Positions 12,690 to 25,650 of a stretch of DNA of 64,000 nucleotides are shown here, piece after piece. The stretch comes from Paraspadella gotoi. Taxonomy: Eukaryota; Animalia; Chaetognatha. The stretch spans positions 7,151,814-7,215,813 of the forward strand of contig CM119264.1 of NCBI GenBank assembly GCA_051294375.1, written 5' to 3'. Both the position numbers and the translations under genes were made by a program. The notes under the pieces are model-generated. The model made no database searches, was not told where the DNA came from, and saw only the letters and a list, made by a program, of their open reading frames with translations. Numbering within the stretch: the stretch's first letter is position 1; the number at the start of each line of letters is the position of its first letter.

Positions 12690-14171
12690 TCAATGGCTAT
12701 ACTCAGAAGCCTCGTATCAGCGCAGCCTCCGGGAAGCAGCCGCGCTGCGGCCCGATCGGCTTCTCCCCCGCCCTTCGACTTACTCGCTCGGCTTCTTTCT
12801 CTCCTCTTCCTCTTCCTTCCCTGTCTCCCGGATTCGCGCCGACGGCAGAGTCGAATCCGATCGGGAGCTGCAGCGTCCCAAAACCTTACTCTTTCTCTCT
12901 CTCTTACCCTCGTCAACCGCCGAGTCTTTTCTTCTCTGCCTCCGAGCGGATCGATCATGGCCGTTCGCGCGGATCCGGGAGTCTTTTTCTTCAAGAAATT
13001 GTATTTTGAGCATAGGCAGTGATTTTTTTATACGGGTATTTTCAAACAATGAATTGAACTTAAATAACTATATTTCTTTTTCCCCTTCTTGATTAAATAT
13101 GAAACACTCTTATTATATATATCTTATTTCTCCTCATAACATAGATCTCACTGGCGTGAATTCTAATGTTTTCAAAATACGTTAAGACATGATTTCTTTT
13201 ATGGACAATCATTCTTATTACGGATCCGCCTTAATTTAAGATGAAACTAAAAATATTTTTCATGGCAAGAGCAACTTTTAGAGATCAATTGTCGTAAAGA
13301 TCTGTTGCGTATAGATATACTACTGCTTTTGCAAAAAAAATGGCACGCTATATTATTAAAATTTTTCTTTTTGTTTTCACTCCTTTCTTATTTCTTTTCT
13401 TTCTCGAACTTTTTTTCGAAACTCTTCTCTTTCTCTTTCTCTCTGACTTTTTCTCCCTTCTCCAACGTTTCTACCCTCATATTTTCTGTGTGCAATCCTT
13501 TCCTTTCTTCCTTCTACCTTTTTTCCCTACCACTCTACTCTATTAAAAGTTAGGCAAAAATGATATTGATTCTTGATTAGATAAATGCAGCAGATTTGAT
13601 TCAATTAATCCGTAGTCCAGCCCACTTTGTTCTTAGAGCTAAATTTTTAATCAATTTTCTGTTTATTAATATTTAGCAATATTGGAAAAGTTGTTTATTG
13701 TTTTATTTCTAAATTCCCCGTCAAAATCATTGCCAATAGTATTTGTGGCATTGTCATTGCTTACTGTAAGAAAGGTTTGTTATTTTTTCTATGCCTGCAA
13801 GGGTAAAATAAGTGAATAAATTTATTCTTATTGTTAAAGATATTCTTGCCAATTCATTTGATCCGTCAAATTTTCGCGGCAGTCCGTCTCCCGCTCTCAA
13901 TTTTTCAGAGAGATTTTTCCATCGTAGTTAGTTTTTCGCTTGAAATCCTTCACAAAAAATTGTTTTTCGCTCGAGAGAAACTCTGTAATTTAGCGAATAA
14001 TTTCGTGTTCAAATAAAGACTCATTATTTTATTCGCGACTTTTCTCTTTTGGAAACTTAAAGTTGATCAGTCGTCCTGGTGACAAGGGACAAAACGAACG
14101 TTTCGTCTCGCGGCCGTGAAGACAACAATAAAAGTGAAAGATCTTCGCACATTATTGAAGTTAAAACTTAA

Positions 14172-15089
14172 AGGGGACCCAGTGAAAAAATGATATTCAT
14201 AAGCTTAAGCGGTCATCATCAAAGGGAATTTGAATGGTGATAGTCATTAATTTTTTCTTTGTACGGGAAGTTGGCAAAACAAAATTCCTTATCTCTTATG
14301 TAGCGGAAAACAAAAATTTAATAATTATAAAAAAAAAATTTAGTTGACCCCTACCTAAAATTTATATAATCCATTATTTTATTTTTGCATTAGAAAGTAT
14401 TTTTTACTAAAATTCCAATTTTTTATTTTTTACTGTACCAAAGCTATAATTTTAGGTTTAAGCATTCATTGAAACAAAGGCTTTTACAAGACTAATATTT
14501 TATATTTTTATATTTACTTAAAGCAGACAAATCAAACCTAAAATTTTCTTATTCTTACAGAAACAAAACTGTAATAATTATTAATTAAATATTCTATATT
14601 CATCCCTTAAATGTATATAATTAAACTATACTGATTCTCCTAATTTATTAACAATTAAAAATTTAGGCAAAAGTAAGAATCTTTTCTCTTCTTTATATTT
14701 ATATTACTTCAAAGAGGTTTATTTTCATCCAATTAACAGAATCATTTTGAAAAGGAAAGTTTAATAAAATCAGTCGATAACCTTAAATTTTGAATTCATT
14801 CCTAGTTTTTTTTCTTATTAAATTTTTGTGAAAAAAGCTGAAATCTTTTTTAAAATTTAGATCGTTTACCCTTTTTTGAAAAAAAAATTTTAAAACTTCG
14901 AAAAAAGATTTTGTTCCTTACCAAATTTTTTTTAAAAGAAAATTTAAGCCGCTGATTTTATCGAATTTTTAACTACTTTCCCAAAGATTATTAAAAAGAA
15001 AAAATTATTATGATCAGAACCAGCTTAAGTTAAAGGGTCAAACTTTATGTTTTTTCAGCTTTTTACCCCCCCTGTTCACTTGGTCCCCT
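14172..15089. mobile_element. About 0.9-kb non-autonomous TIR element with TTAA target site (Kolobok-like)
   Basis: Left end ttaa|AGGGGACCCAGTGAA. Right end TTCACTTGGTCCCCT(t)aa, whose reverse complement AGGGGACCAAGTGAA has 1 mismatch in 15. The interior is AT-rich and non-coding. Purine-purine termini with a TTAA target fit the Kolobok superfamily. Confidence 0.6.
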
Positions 15090-15553
15090 TAAGGTCGCCA
15101 GGATTTTGACAAACAATCTTTCTGGGTTTAGAGTCAAACCGCGGCTAAAGTTTTCCAAGAAACTTAGGAATTTAACTATAAACTTTTCAGAATTGTCAAA
15201 CGCTTCAATCAAAATTTCTTTTTTTAAAAACTGATTTTTAATTGTATTTGGCATTTATTGAAGCAACAAACTGGACCTAAAAGCCAAAATGTTTAAATTT
15301 TTTAAAAGAGTGTGAAAGTCATTCACCATTTTGTACATTAAAAATCCCAAATTGAATTTGTAAGTGATTTACACAGCGCAGGCACCAGTTGTTTTGCCTT
15401 ATTCTAGTAGGTAATGACTAATTAGTTCTCTGCTGCCTAATGAAGCGCTTAAAATCTGTTTTCCTCCAAAAAATGGTTGAAGACTTGGACTTGTCGACCG
15501 TTGTTTTGGTGGATGGAAAGAAGAGAGAGAGGAAGAGACGAGAGAGAGAAGAA

Positions 15554-15588
<35 letters not shown>

Positions 15589-15988
15589 GAGGAGAGAGAG
15601 AGAGAGAGAGAGGGAGGAATCCGGGCCCGATCGCTCGGCTTCGACCAGGAAGAAGCCGATCTCACCATCGAGAGAGAGAAAATCTCCCCGAATCCGAGCG
15701 GAAAGAAGTCCGGAAGGAGAAGATGAGTCGGTCGGCAGCCGCCGCGCCGCCGCTGCTCCGGTGGACGGCTGCATCCGGAGAGCTGAGTATATGACTCCGT
15801 CTCTCTCTCTCTCTCTTCTCTCTTCTCCTCTCTTTCTTTTTTCTTTCTTTCTTGTCTTCTTATGCTGTATTCGCCTTTCCCTTTTCACTTCTTTGGTTAA
15901 ATCTGATGGGAGAGGAAAGAAAAAAAAAACGCTCTTCCGACGTTGGTTGCTTTGTTCTTCTTTGTTTAGCGCTCTTCTCTCTCTCTCT

Positions 15989-16051
<63 letters not shown>

Positions 16052-16807
16052 TCTCTCTCTCTCTCTCTTCACTTTTGCCGCAAATGGTCACCCTAAGAGA
16101 AAAGGAACACCACGTCCGTCCGCGTCTTTGATGTTTTTTTTGGCGAATGGAAAAAATTATGATCAGCATACAAGAGACGAATCGAAAAGGGTGATGGAGG
16201 TTTGAAGGGGTTTCCGAGCTCCTAAGGAAGGGAGGTTTCAGAGTTTCATGGAAGAGAAAGGTGTATAGATATTAAGGGAAAATTGTAGTCAAAAGGTGGT
16301 CGGTTAGAATAAATAACGAGAATCACGACCAAGGCGTGTTAAAAACGGAAAATAAAGAAAAAGAGATTTAAGGTAGACTGAATGTTATCAATTGTTTGTA
16401 ATTTTATTAAAAGAAATGATATTAGGTATATTTTAGGATGGGTTTAAAAAAATTTCAATCGCTGTATAAACTTCTTCAATAAAGACGAAGATGAAGAAGG
16501 AAGAAATGTGAGGGAAACTCGGAGAACGAGGTTTTAAGATTTCTTTATGAGAATCGAGGTTAAGTTGCGTGAAAGAAAAGAGATAAGAAAAAAAAAAATG
16601 CAGATTGCGAAAAAAAAGAATAAAGTTTTCGACGATGTTTATGCGTTTGGTTCACTTGTTATTTTATTTTTATTTATTCCGCTGCAGAGCGTTTATTATT
16701 TCTGTCGATGCTTTGTTTAATGACGAGTCGGGAAACTCTTCTCCGTTTATTTTGTTGTTGCCGGAAATAAAAAAAAATGGCCGATGACGATGGCACGCAT
16801 TTTTTTC

Positions 16808-16839
<32 letters not shown>

Positions 16840-17289
16840 ATCTGTTTCTATCCCACGTCGGCGGCATTGAAGTCTACTTGGCAACAAAAAAAAAAAGAAA
16901 GACAATCAGGGAGAGTCAGACAGACAGATGAAAAAGAAAAGAAACAAGGAAATTTTTTTTTAAAATTAAAATGAAATGAAAAATATAGCAGAAGAATAAA
17001 GAAAAGGCACCACAAAAAAAAATTGAGACACAACAAGATTCAACCGCAAATAACTTTTTTCATCTATTTTCAAATCTCCTTTTGACATTTTTTGCAGACA
17101 AAAAGAAATGCAGTCGAGGAAATGAAAGGCAGGTGTGAAACGAAGCGGAAAGGAGAAAAAAAGGCCCAAAAACATAAATCTAATTTTTGCATATTTCCGC
17201 GATTTGCCTTTTTTTTGTTATTTTTTTTCTTTTGAAGGGAAAAACGAACTCCTGGAGAATCGACGGAAAAATTAAAATGGAGGCGTAAG

Positions 17290-18222
17290 GAAAGGTTAGA
17301 GTCGCGGGGAAGAGAAAGGTTTTTAAAGATGGCGTTTTAGAAGATTGTAATGGAGGAAAGGAAAGGAAGAGGCGGAGAAGAGAAGGTTTTTTAAAGTGGC
17401 GATTTTAGAAGATTGTAATGGAGGGAAAGGGAAAGGGAGAGGCGCGAGAAGAGAAGGTTTTAAATGACTGGCGTTAGGAAGATTGTAATAGGAGGAAAGG
17501 AAGGAGAGGCGTAGAAGAGAAGGTTTTAAAGATGGCGTTAGAAAGATTGTAAATGGAGGAAAGGAAAGGAGAGGCGGGGAGAAGAGAAGGTTTTAAGATG
17601 GCGTTAGAAGATTTGTAATTGGGAGGAAAGGAAAGGAGAGGCGGAGAAAGAGAAGGTTTTAAAGATGGCGTTAGAGATTGTAATGGAGGAAAGGAAAGGA
17701 GAGGCGGAGAAGAGAAGGTTTTAAAGATGGGCGTTTTAGAAGATTGTAATGGAGGAAAGGAAAGGAGAGGCGGAAGAAGAGAAGGCTTTTTAAGATGCGT
17801 TAGAAAGATTGTAATGGATGAAAGGAAAGGAGAGATGGAGAAGAGAAGGTTTTAAGATGGTGTTTAGAAGATTGTAATAGAGGAAAGGAAAGGAGAGGCG
17901 GGAGAAGAGAAGGTTTTTAAGATGGCGTTAGAAGATTTGCTAATGGAGGAAAGGAAAGGGGAGCCGGAGGAAGAGAAGGTTTTAAAGATGGCGTTAGATT
18001 TTAATGGAGGAAAAGGAAAGAAGAAGTGGGAGAAGAGAAAGTTTTAAAGATGGCGTTAGAAGATTGTAATGGGAGGAAAGGAAAGGAGAGCAGGTTTTTA
18101 AAGATTGGCGTTAGAAGATTGTAATGGAGGAAAGGAAAAAGGAGAGAAGGTTTTAATGATGGGCGTTAAAAGATTGTAATGGAGGAAAGGAAAGGAGAGG
18201 AAAAGAGGAAGATTTTTAAAGA
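17290..18222 (+). repeat. Minisatellite, unit about 63 bp, about 14-15 copies
   Basis: Consensus GATGGCGTTAGAAGATTGTAATGGAGGAAAGGAAAGGAGAGGCGGAGAAGAGAAGGTTTTAAA. Both flanks of the N-gap at 3244-4207 carry its reverse complement. Confidence 0.95.
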
Positions 18223-21200
18223 TTTGGTGGTTCAAAGCCCCGTTCAATGTCAATTCAGCCCACTTGATGGCATTTTCGAAACATAGAATCTTCTCTTGTT
18301 ACCGACAACGGGAAAATGAACAAACCATTAAAAAAACCCCGGGGGGAAAATTTGTAAAAAGTAAAGAGAAATCGTTTTCTCTTTCCATAGGTTTTATCAT
18401 ACGCAAAAAAAGCGCCGACCACAATTTGTTTCGTCTCGCGTGCCGCGAGAGGCAAACGGGCCAAATATCACGAGGCAGTTTTACCCGATGAAGGGGAAAT
18501 CCGGTTGTCGTTGTTCTCGTGATTATCACTGTTGTTGTTGTTGTTTTTTGATTAGACTTCCTACTCCCCCCCCCAAAAAAAAGTTTTTTATTATCATTAA
18601 TAATGCCAAGAGCCGGAATACGTCGATAATTTGTTGAATCGACGATTTCGTCCTCAACGTCGTCGGTGGCGCCAGAAGCGTGAGCCCGACTGGCCTTTGG
18701 CTGTAAACAGTCGCCGCCTGCATGACCTCGCGGAAGAACAAACGCCTGGAAACTCTTGCGTCGTTTCATCGTCGTCTCGTCGTTCGTCGTTCTCGTCGTT
18801 TTCTCGTCGTCCGTCGTAGTCGTCGTCATCGCAGGTCGGTCGCCTGTTGACGACGGCGTTCGGGGATTCGATGGAAACTCACCCGGAAGAAGGTTCGGGG
18901 ATTCGATACTCACTCTAAGAATAAACGTCGAAACGAACGAGAGGAAAGGGAGCGAGAAAAGTTGGAATCGTGAGGGAGGGATGAGCGCATTTGGTTGAGG
19001 GGAAGGAAGAAATGAGGACGTTGAGTGGTTGAGTGGATTTTTGAAAGAATTGTGTGAGAATCGAAGGGAAATTTGCGTTTAAAGTTGAAGAAAAAATTCG
19101 AAAGCGTGGGTATTAGAGTTAACATTGAAATAGGAATCGGGGTATCGAAAATGGAATCGGGATGGATTAGGTGGATTGGAAAGGTGGATCGGGGATGTAA
19201 AAAGGGGCATGTAAAAGATAAGAAAGTGAAAGGAAGTAGTAGGTTTGAATTACTTTGCGTAAAACTACAGAATCGAATATTCTCAAAACTACAGAATCGA
19301 ATATTCTTTACAAAACTGTTTCTCTACAAACCATCCACAACGCAAATGCCTTTTCTTCCGGCGAGACGATCACATCTTCTATCTCACATCTCGGATTCTC
19401 ACATGCTCGGAACTCACATCTCGCATTTTCGCCTTCCAAGCCCGGCGTTCGCTTAACTCGATTTCTCTCAGGCTCGATTTCTCGATCGATTTCTTCTAAG
19501 ATCTCATACTACATACGCATCTCTGCACAACTACGCAATGCACACTCGACTTCCTCTGTCCTCTTTTTACTTCGTTTTTTAACCTACTCAGCTTTTTTTT
19601 TATTTCTTTTATTTCCTTCCGCGTCCCCGCGTTTTGACTTGACCCGGATACCCAATACCCAGCCGTCCTCACCATTCAGCCCTTACTTTCCATGAACTAG
19701 TCTATGCCCCTTCCCTAATCCAGAACCAAAACCATGCCCCTTCCTTAAATCCTCGCTTTAGCTTTTTTTACCCTTCACGGCGCTGACCAAAATCCACTTT
19801 CTGCTTTCCACTTCCCCCCCCCTTCTTCTTCCTTTCTACCCTTTCACCCTCCCCCCCTTTTTTTTCCCACCATTTCTCTTCCCCCGCTTCCTCAGGCCAT
19901 CTTGCCCATCGCGACGAGTCGTTTATGCAAATTGAATTAAGGCGCCGGTTTAGTGGTTCCGTTTGCGGCGCCAACGACGGCGAGCCTTTTTATCTTAAAA
20001 TCATCCAACTTCGATACCAAGAGCTCGTTTTAGACGGTTACGGCCTCGGGCAATCACTCGGTTCAGCCCATTTCGCAAGTTTGAACCAATCACGGGTTCC
20101 AGCCGAAAAACTCACGTTTCGGTCATATGTTATCAACTAAACAAATATACTAACCAAATAGCTAAAAAAATGTTCAAAAAGTGTTTTTTTTTTGTTTTTT
20201 TTTTTTTTTGCTTTCGCAAAGTTTCAACGTATAAATCTAACAGGTCTTTTGATTCTTGCAAGTTGCTTATTTGTGAAAATTCACCAGCTTCCGCGCTTCC
20301 ACTGCACCGAGGCTCCGGTCTGCCCTTTGTTTTGTCTGTTGAGGTCTCTTGCTAGTTTTATTTGCGCTTTACGACGCTGAAAAAGAAAGTACATAAAATT
20401 GAAGAATTCATTTGAATTTGAGATTTTACGCATACTAATCGTTCGCACTACACGGTCATGCGAATTTCTTCTCTTTTTCAGCGGCGTTAATAATGTATAA
20501 TCTATTATAAAATAGGTCTGTTCGACTGCGGAATTCCAGTTCTATTCGTTTTACCAAAATCCTTCGCTTCTACTTTCTTCTAAATGTCCATTAGGCTCAA
20601 CTGATAGATGAATCGAACTGACGGATTGACCAGGATGTCCTGGAAAAATCAATGACACGGATGAACCATCCGGGGCATCGAACAGATAAATATTTGAAAT
20701 GCGAAATCGCTCCCTTTTTATAAAAGAAAAAAAAATTGGAAAAAAGTTGTCTGTTATTTTTGAGAGAGAGGATGACAGCTGACGTCAGGAAAACGAGGCA
20801 TGATGACTAAAAGCTGTTTTTGACATCGTGACCCCATTCCTTGATGATGAAGAATGGCAGAATGATGAAGAAGATGGAGGATGAGAGAGGCTCCTCCGCC
20901 TTCTTCTTCTCTTACTAAAGGCAGGCGTGCGACTTAATGTTACAATTAATGTATCAATAACTTTTCATTCAACGTTGCGAGAGAAGAGAGTAGAGAGAAG
21001 AGAGAGAGAGAGACGACGACGAGAGAGAAGAGAGAGAAGAGAGAGAAGAGAGGAGAGAGAGAGAAAGTTATGTTAACCGGACAGACCAACTGAACACCCG
21101 CTGACCCGACTCCCAACACCATGATCATTCATAACGCGGACTATCGGACAAGCCGACAAACCCACAAACAACTTAAATTATAACAAACAAACAATTTTTT

Positions 21201-21489
21201 AAACTTTATAAAACAACTTAACTTATGAAAAAATGTACGTGGTCGGTCCTGGCATTCCAGGGATATTTCTCTGTTAAACTTTCTTCTTCTAAAGTTTTTG
21301 ACTTTTGACTTTTGACTTTTATTATTAAAATTATTAAGTTTCTTGTAAAAACGCGTTTTAAATAACGAAAAAAGATACATGCAGAAACAAGGTTGATCTT
21401 CCAAAATTTAAATAAAACCAAAAAGAAACGTGAAATATCACAACGACGAAAAAGTGTGTTAAAATTTTTTTCGAAGTAATCATGGGGGA

Positions 21490-21850
21490 ATACGTGAGTG
21501 CGAGAGGGAGATAACCGGAAGTAAAGAGAGAGAGAGAGAGAAGAGAAGAGAGAGAGAGAGAGCAACGAGAGAGGAGAGAGAGAGAGAGAGAGAGCGAGAG
21601 AGATGAGAGAGAGAGAGAGAGAAGGAGGCGCGCGCGTTTTCTCGTAAGTTTTTCCGGCGCGTCGCGCTTTCAAAAAGCGCCGAGGGGAAGCGACGCCGAT
21701 TGGCCGGAAAGTTTCGATTAATGACGTCGCGATCCCAGGGGCGATTGGAGTTGAGAGTCCGACGCTGTACGTTGGCCGAGGGTAAACTGACTGGAAGAAA
21801 GACTACAGCTGGCGCGATTTGGTGAGTGAGTTGACGAATGATGTCACGTG
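21490..21850. promoter_or_regulatory. Promoter-like CpG-rich segment
   Basis: ETS-type CCGGAAGT at 21515, inverted CCAAT boxes (ATTGG) at 21699 and 21744, CRE-like TGACGTC at 21722, E-box GTCACGTG near 21843, and a donor-like G|GTGAGT at 21822. This is motif evidence only. Confidence 0.3.
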
Positions 21851-23242
21851 AAGAAAATGAGGAATGGAAATAAAGACCAAATGCTGATAGGTTGGTGATA
21901 GAGAAACTATGTTCACTGCGAGAATCTGAGAAAGGGGTTTGCGACAGTTTTAAATTGCGGTTAAATTTAAGATTTACACATATAGAAACCGATAACCATT
22001 TGCTGGCCTATGTTTTATTTGATGTAGACATCATTAGATTTAACCAAATTTCAGATTTATTTTAGGGCAGAGAATTTGTAACTTCTGGTCTTTCTTTTGC
22101 AAACAAAATTCAAACAAACAGGATTTTCGAAATTTCGCCTTCAAATCACACTATTTCGTTTTCAACTAAGCTTATTTTTTTTACATTATTACTAGTTACA
22201 AAATAGGAGGCCATTTTTTTATAATCGTAAAATAAAGCCTTCATTCGCTGATTTTTTTTTTCAATTTTCGTCATTCCTATTCAGGCAAAGGGCATTACCG
22301 TTGTTTCGGTTGTTTTTCGGTTCTCTATGAAATTAATAGCAACCAATATAAATTCCATTCATTTTAATAAATAAGCTATCTTGCACTGACTTTGGACAGG
22401 CTTTGGTGGTTTAAGGCCTCCATCAATCTTACAACTCTTATGCTTTTGTCGCTGAGGGTGGCGCCTTGCTACGAAATTAATTCTCTCGGCGAACAAAAGG
22501 CATTTTCGTTACTCCAATGAGAAAGTTAAAGTCTCACTCACCTAATTTAAAAAAAAACAAAACCCGATATGATGTAAATCTTACATTGTGTTTGTTATTT
22601 ACAACTTACATTATAAAAAAGCATTTGTATGCGTTATTCGATACCCACAATGGACTGTTAATTGTTTATTTAATCGACAGCTTCAGTACTTCTATTTACA
22701 ATTAAATTTAGTCGTGACTTAAAGCATTTAAAAAATCAATCGCCGTTAAAGAAAAATTCATTAGATAAAGTACAAAAAAAAAAAAAAAAATTTTTTTTTC
22801 AGTAAATTTAAAAATCGGTTGGTTCGATTATCGTTTTGTGTTTCGGCTTCGGATGAAAAATTGATTTAATTTATATTCATTCTGAAAAAAAAACGAAGGT
22901 AAAAGAAAACCACTTGCCACATGTCGAGGCTAGCTATAATAATGATATCGAGGACAGTCAATGTTAATTGAGCCGACCTGTTGTTCAATTCTTTCACGCT
23001 AGTATCGATACCTTCCGTCGAACGCGATGCACAGAGTTGTCCGTGCGATCAACATATTGAAGTACCAGATCCCTGCAGTGAGGGAGAGCAGACGAGAGAT
23101 GAGAGAGATGATAGAGGAGAAGAGAGAGAAGAGAGACGAGAGAGAAAGAGATGAGCAGAGAGAGAGAGAGAGAGAGAGAGAAGAGAGAGAAAAATTGCAC
23201 TCCCATAAAGTTATTAAGGAAAGTTCAAAATTGAAATATTCC

Positions 23243-23302
<60 letters not shown>

Positions 23303-24399
23303 CTCTCTTTCTCTCTCTCTCTCTCCAAACCTGCTCGGAGCCGTCAAAGACGAGCGGCCACTTTGAATGCGTCCCACCTCGGCGCCACACGCTGACCGGA
23401 TCGTGGTTAATTCAAACCTTCCTAAGCGACTCCATGTCTGAATGGGGTTTTTTTTATATTCTATAATTTATTAAATAAATGTGAAATCTCGAATCATTTA
23501 AAATCATTTTACTTTTCACTTCAATAATTCACGTATACCTTCTTTAATTTTTAAAAGTTTATTAATTGATAAATAAATTTCTTAAGTGACTTAATGGTAT
23601 TGCACTGATTATTACAGTAATAGTTATCAAAATTAATTTTTTATACCCACTTTTATCGAGGCTCCGTCCTTCCTTTGTAGTTAGTCCGCATCGGCGTCGT
23701 GACGGTCTTCGGCAAAATGGAGGTGATAGTAATGGATCTGGGATAAGAGAACGATTGGTCCAGTTCTCGGGTCCCGGCATCTTGGATGGCGCTTTTGTTA
23801 AAAATAAATATTAAAATTCAGTAGTAGTGGAATTGGTAGCCTAAATTAAATGTTATTTTCTAGACGAGACGAGGCGTTTATCATTTTGAAGAAAAGCAAG
23901 ATTAGGGAATATTCGTCCCATCAAACATTTAAAATATTAGTAGACTAGAGCATTTTTTATTTCAAAAATTAGACGCCACTTAAAATGGTCGTACAAAACT
24001 TCGGCGCGCAACGGTTTTTTTACCGGATTTTATTCCGTTAGATTTTTGTATTAAACGTATAATAAACTATTGTGTTTATCTTTTTTGTTGACCGTTGTCT
24101 GAACTAAATAAAATGTATTTTGCATGACCATTGCCCTATGACTTTTTAAACTATCGAATTTCCTTTCGCGCTCCAATCTAAAAAATTACATGCTACGTTG
24201 AGAATTCTTTTGCCTCTTTATTAGCATCTTTTCGTTGAAGAACAGCTTTGTTTTGGAGACTGTCTACTAATTTCATCAGGAATTTTGATCGAATATCTCG
24301 TCCGATTCGAAATGCCGCCGAATCTCTCTCTTCTNNNNNNNNNNNNNNNNNNNNNNNNNTTTTTTTCAATCTTTTTCATTCAATATTGCGGTCATTCTT

Positions 24400-24467
24400 G
24401 AAAAATCTAGAAAAATCTAGAAAAATCTAGAAAAATCTAGAAAAATCTTGAAAAATCTTGAAAAATC
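24400..24467 (+). repeat. 10-bp tandem repeat (AAAAATCTAG/AAAAATCTTG, about 6-7 copies)
   Basis: Directly visible. Confidence 0.9.
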
Positions 24468-25304
24468 GCTATCAGTAAAAAGGTAAAATCATTTCTGGAA
24501 TTCTGTATCTTTGTTAAAAAAGAATTAATATTTTCCCAGCGAAGTCCTTGGAACGATTTCTTGTTTTAAAGAAAAAAATTCGATTTGCAGACGTCAATTG
24601 AAGATAATTGAGCGGAAATCAAAGTCGCTTCGCCGGTTATGAGCCTCGTAAAGTTCCGAGTTCTTATTTGCATGTTGATGAGAGAAATAATAGCGCGGTG
24701 CCGGACGGGCTGCGGCGCCGGTGCCGGGCGGCGAGATCGACGCCGGGCCGTGACTGCGGCGCCCCGTCGAACGGAGGCAAAAATCGTCAACCGACGACTC
24801 GTTCGCCGTGGCGAAACGATTCAAGTTTTCTCAGTTCGAAGGGAAAAGTTTCGGTTCGATTCTTTCCTCGAACTCACAACTCACGAAAAACGATCAATTC
24901 GAAAAACGCGAAGCATCTGCCGACAACAACAACAACAAAAAACGAAACCATTAAAATGACGACAACGACGACGATAACTGGTAATTTCCCGCGAAAGTTT
25001 CTTCCTTTCGTCAGAAGAAGGGAATCGCGGGGCTGCGGGGCGGCGGGGCGGCGGAGGCGGGCGAGGGATGAAAAGGGAGAGAAAAAAAGCCTTTTACCCC
25101 GGAGAGAAAACTCGCGTTGAAATGAGGAAGCGGCTGGAGAGAGTTTATTGGGGTGTGGAAGGGGGCTGCGAGAGTTAAGGGGGTATGGAGGAGGGATGGT
25201 GAGAAAGGCGCGGCGAAGTTTTTTTAATATTTCTCTTCTAGGATGATATTCCAGTCGCTTCGCTTCCCTTCTCGGCTTTAGAAAATTTCCTACTTTTTAT
25301 TTTA

Positions 25305-25650
25305 GTTGCACCGCGAGTAGTCGCGGAGCAACTCTATAAAGTCACTTTTCGGTCGGTCTGTGTTGGTCGTAAGTCTGTCCGGTCCGTAGGTTTGTCCTAC
25401 TTACGTTAATACGTATATAATTTCCCTATAGTTGGTTGCTCTTTTGTTAAGACAAAAAAATTTAAATCTAAATCTAAATCTAAACGACTGCAAGCGCCGC
25501 CTTCAGGAAATCCTAAAACAAAATAGAATTTTTATTCAGAAGGGCCATTATAAATACACCGGGCTAAAGAAAGTAATTAGTATAAAGGGTCATGTAATTA
25601 TTTATAGATAGATCCTCATTGTTATGTCACGTCTGTTACGTCATGTCAGT
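25305..25650 (+). mobile_element. Second copy of the HINE-like family at 6185-6650
   Basis: ccgcgagtagtcgcggagcaactctataaagtcacttttcggtcggtctgtg..., cttacgttaa, cttcaggaaatcctaaaa and gggctaa.gaaagt blocks are colinear with 6195-6650. Confidence 0.7.

Larger units (their letters stand above)
10950..19680 (-). repeat. Right arm of the large inverted duplication (ungapped, indel-rich copy)
   Basis: Reverse complement of 1770-7620 with frequent homopolymer indels. It contains sequence where the left arm has N-gaps. Confidence 0.95.

Noticed and set aside
17290-18222. CRISPR-like appearance of the 63-bp and 69-bp arrays
   Set aside because: The units are head-to-tail with no unique spacers, there are no cas genes, and the context is eukaryotic.
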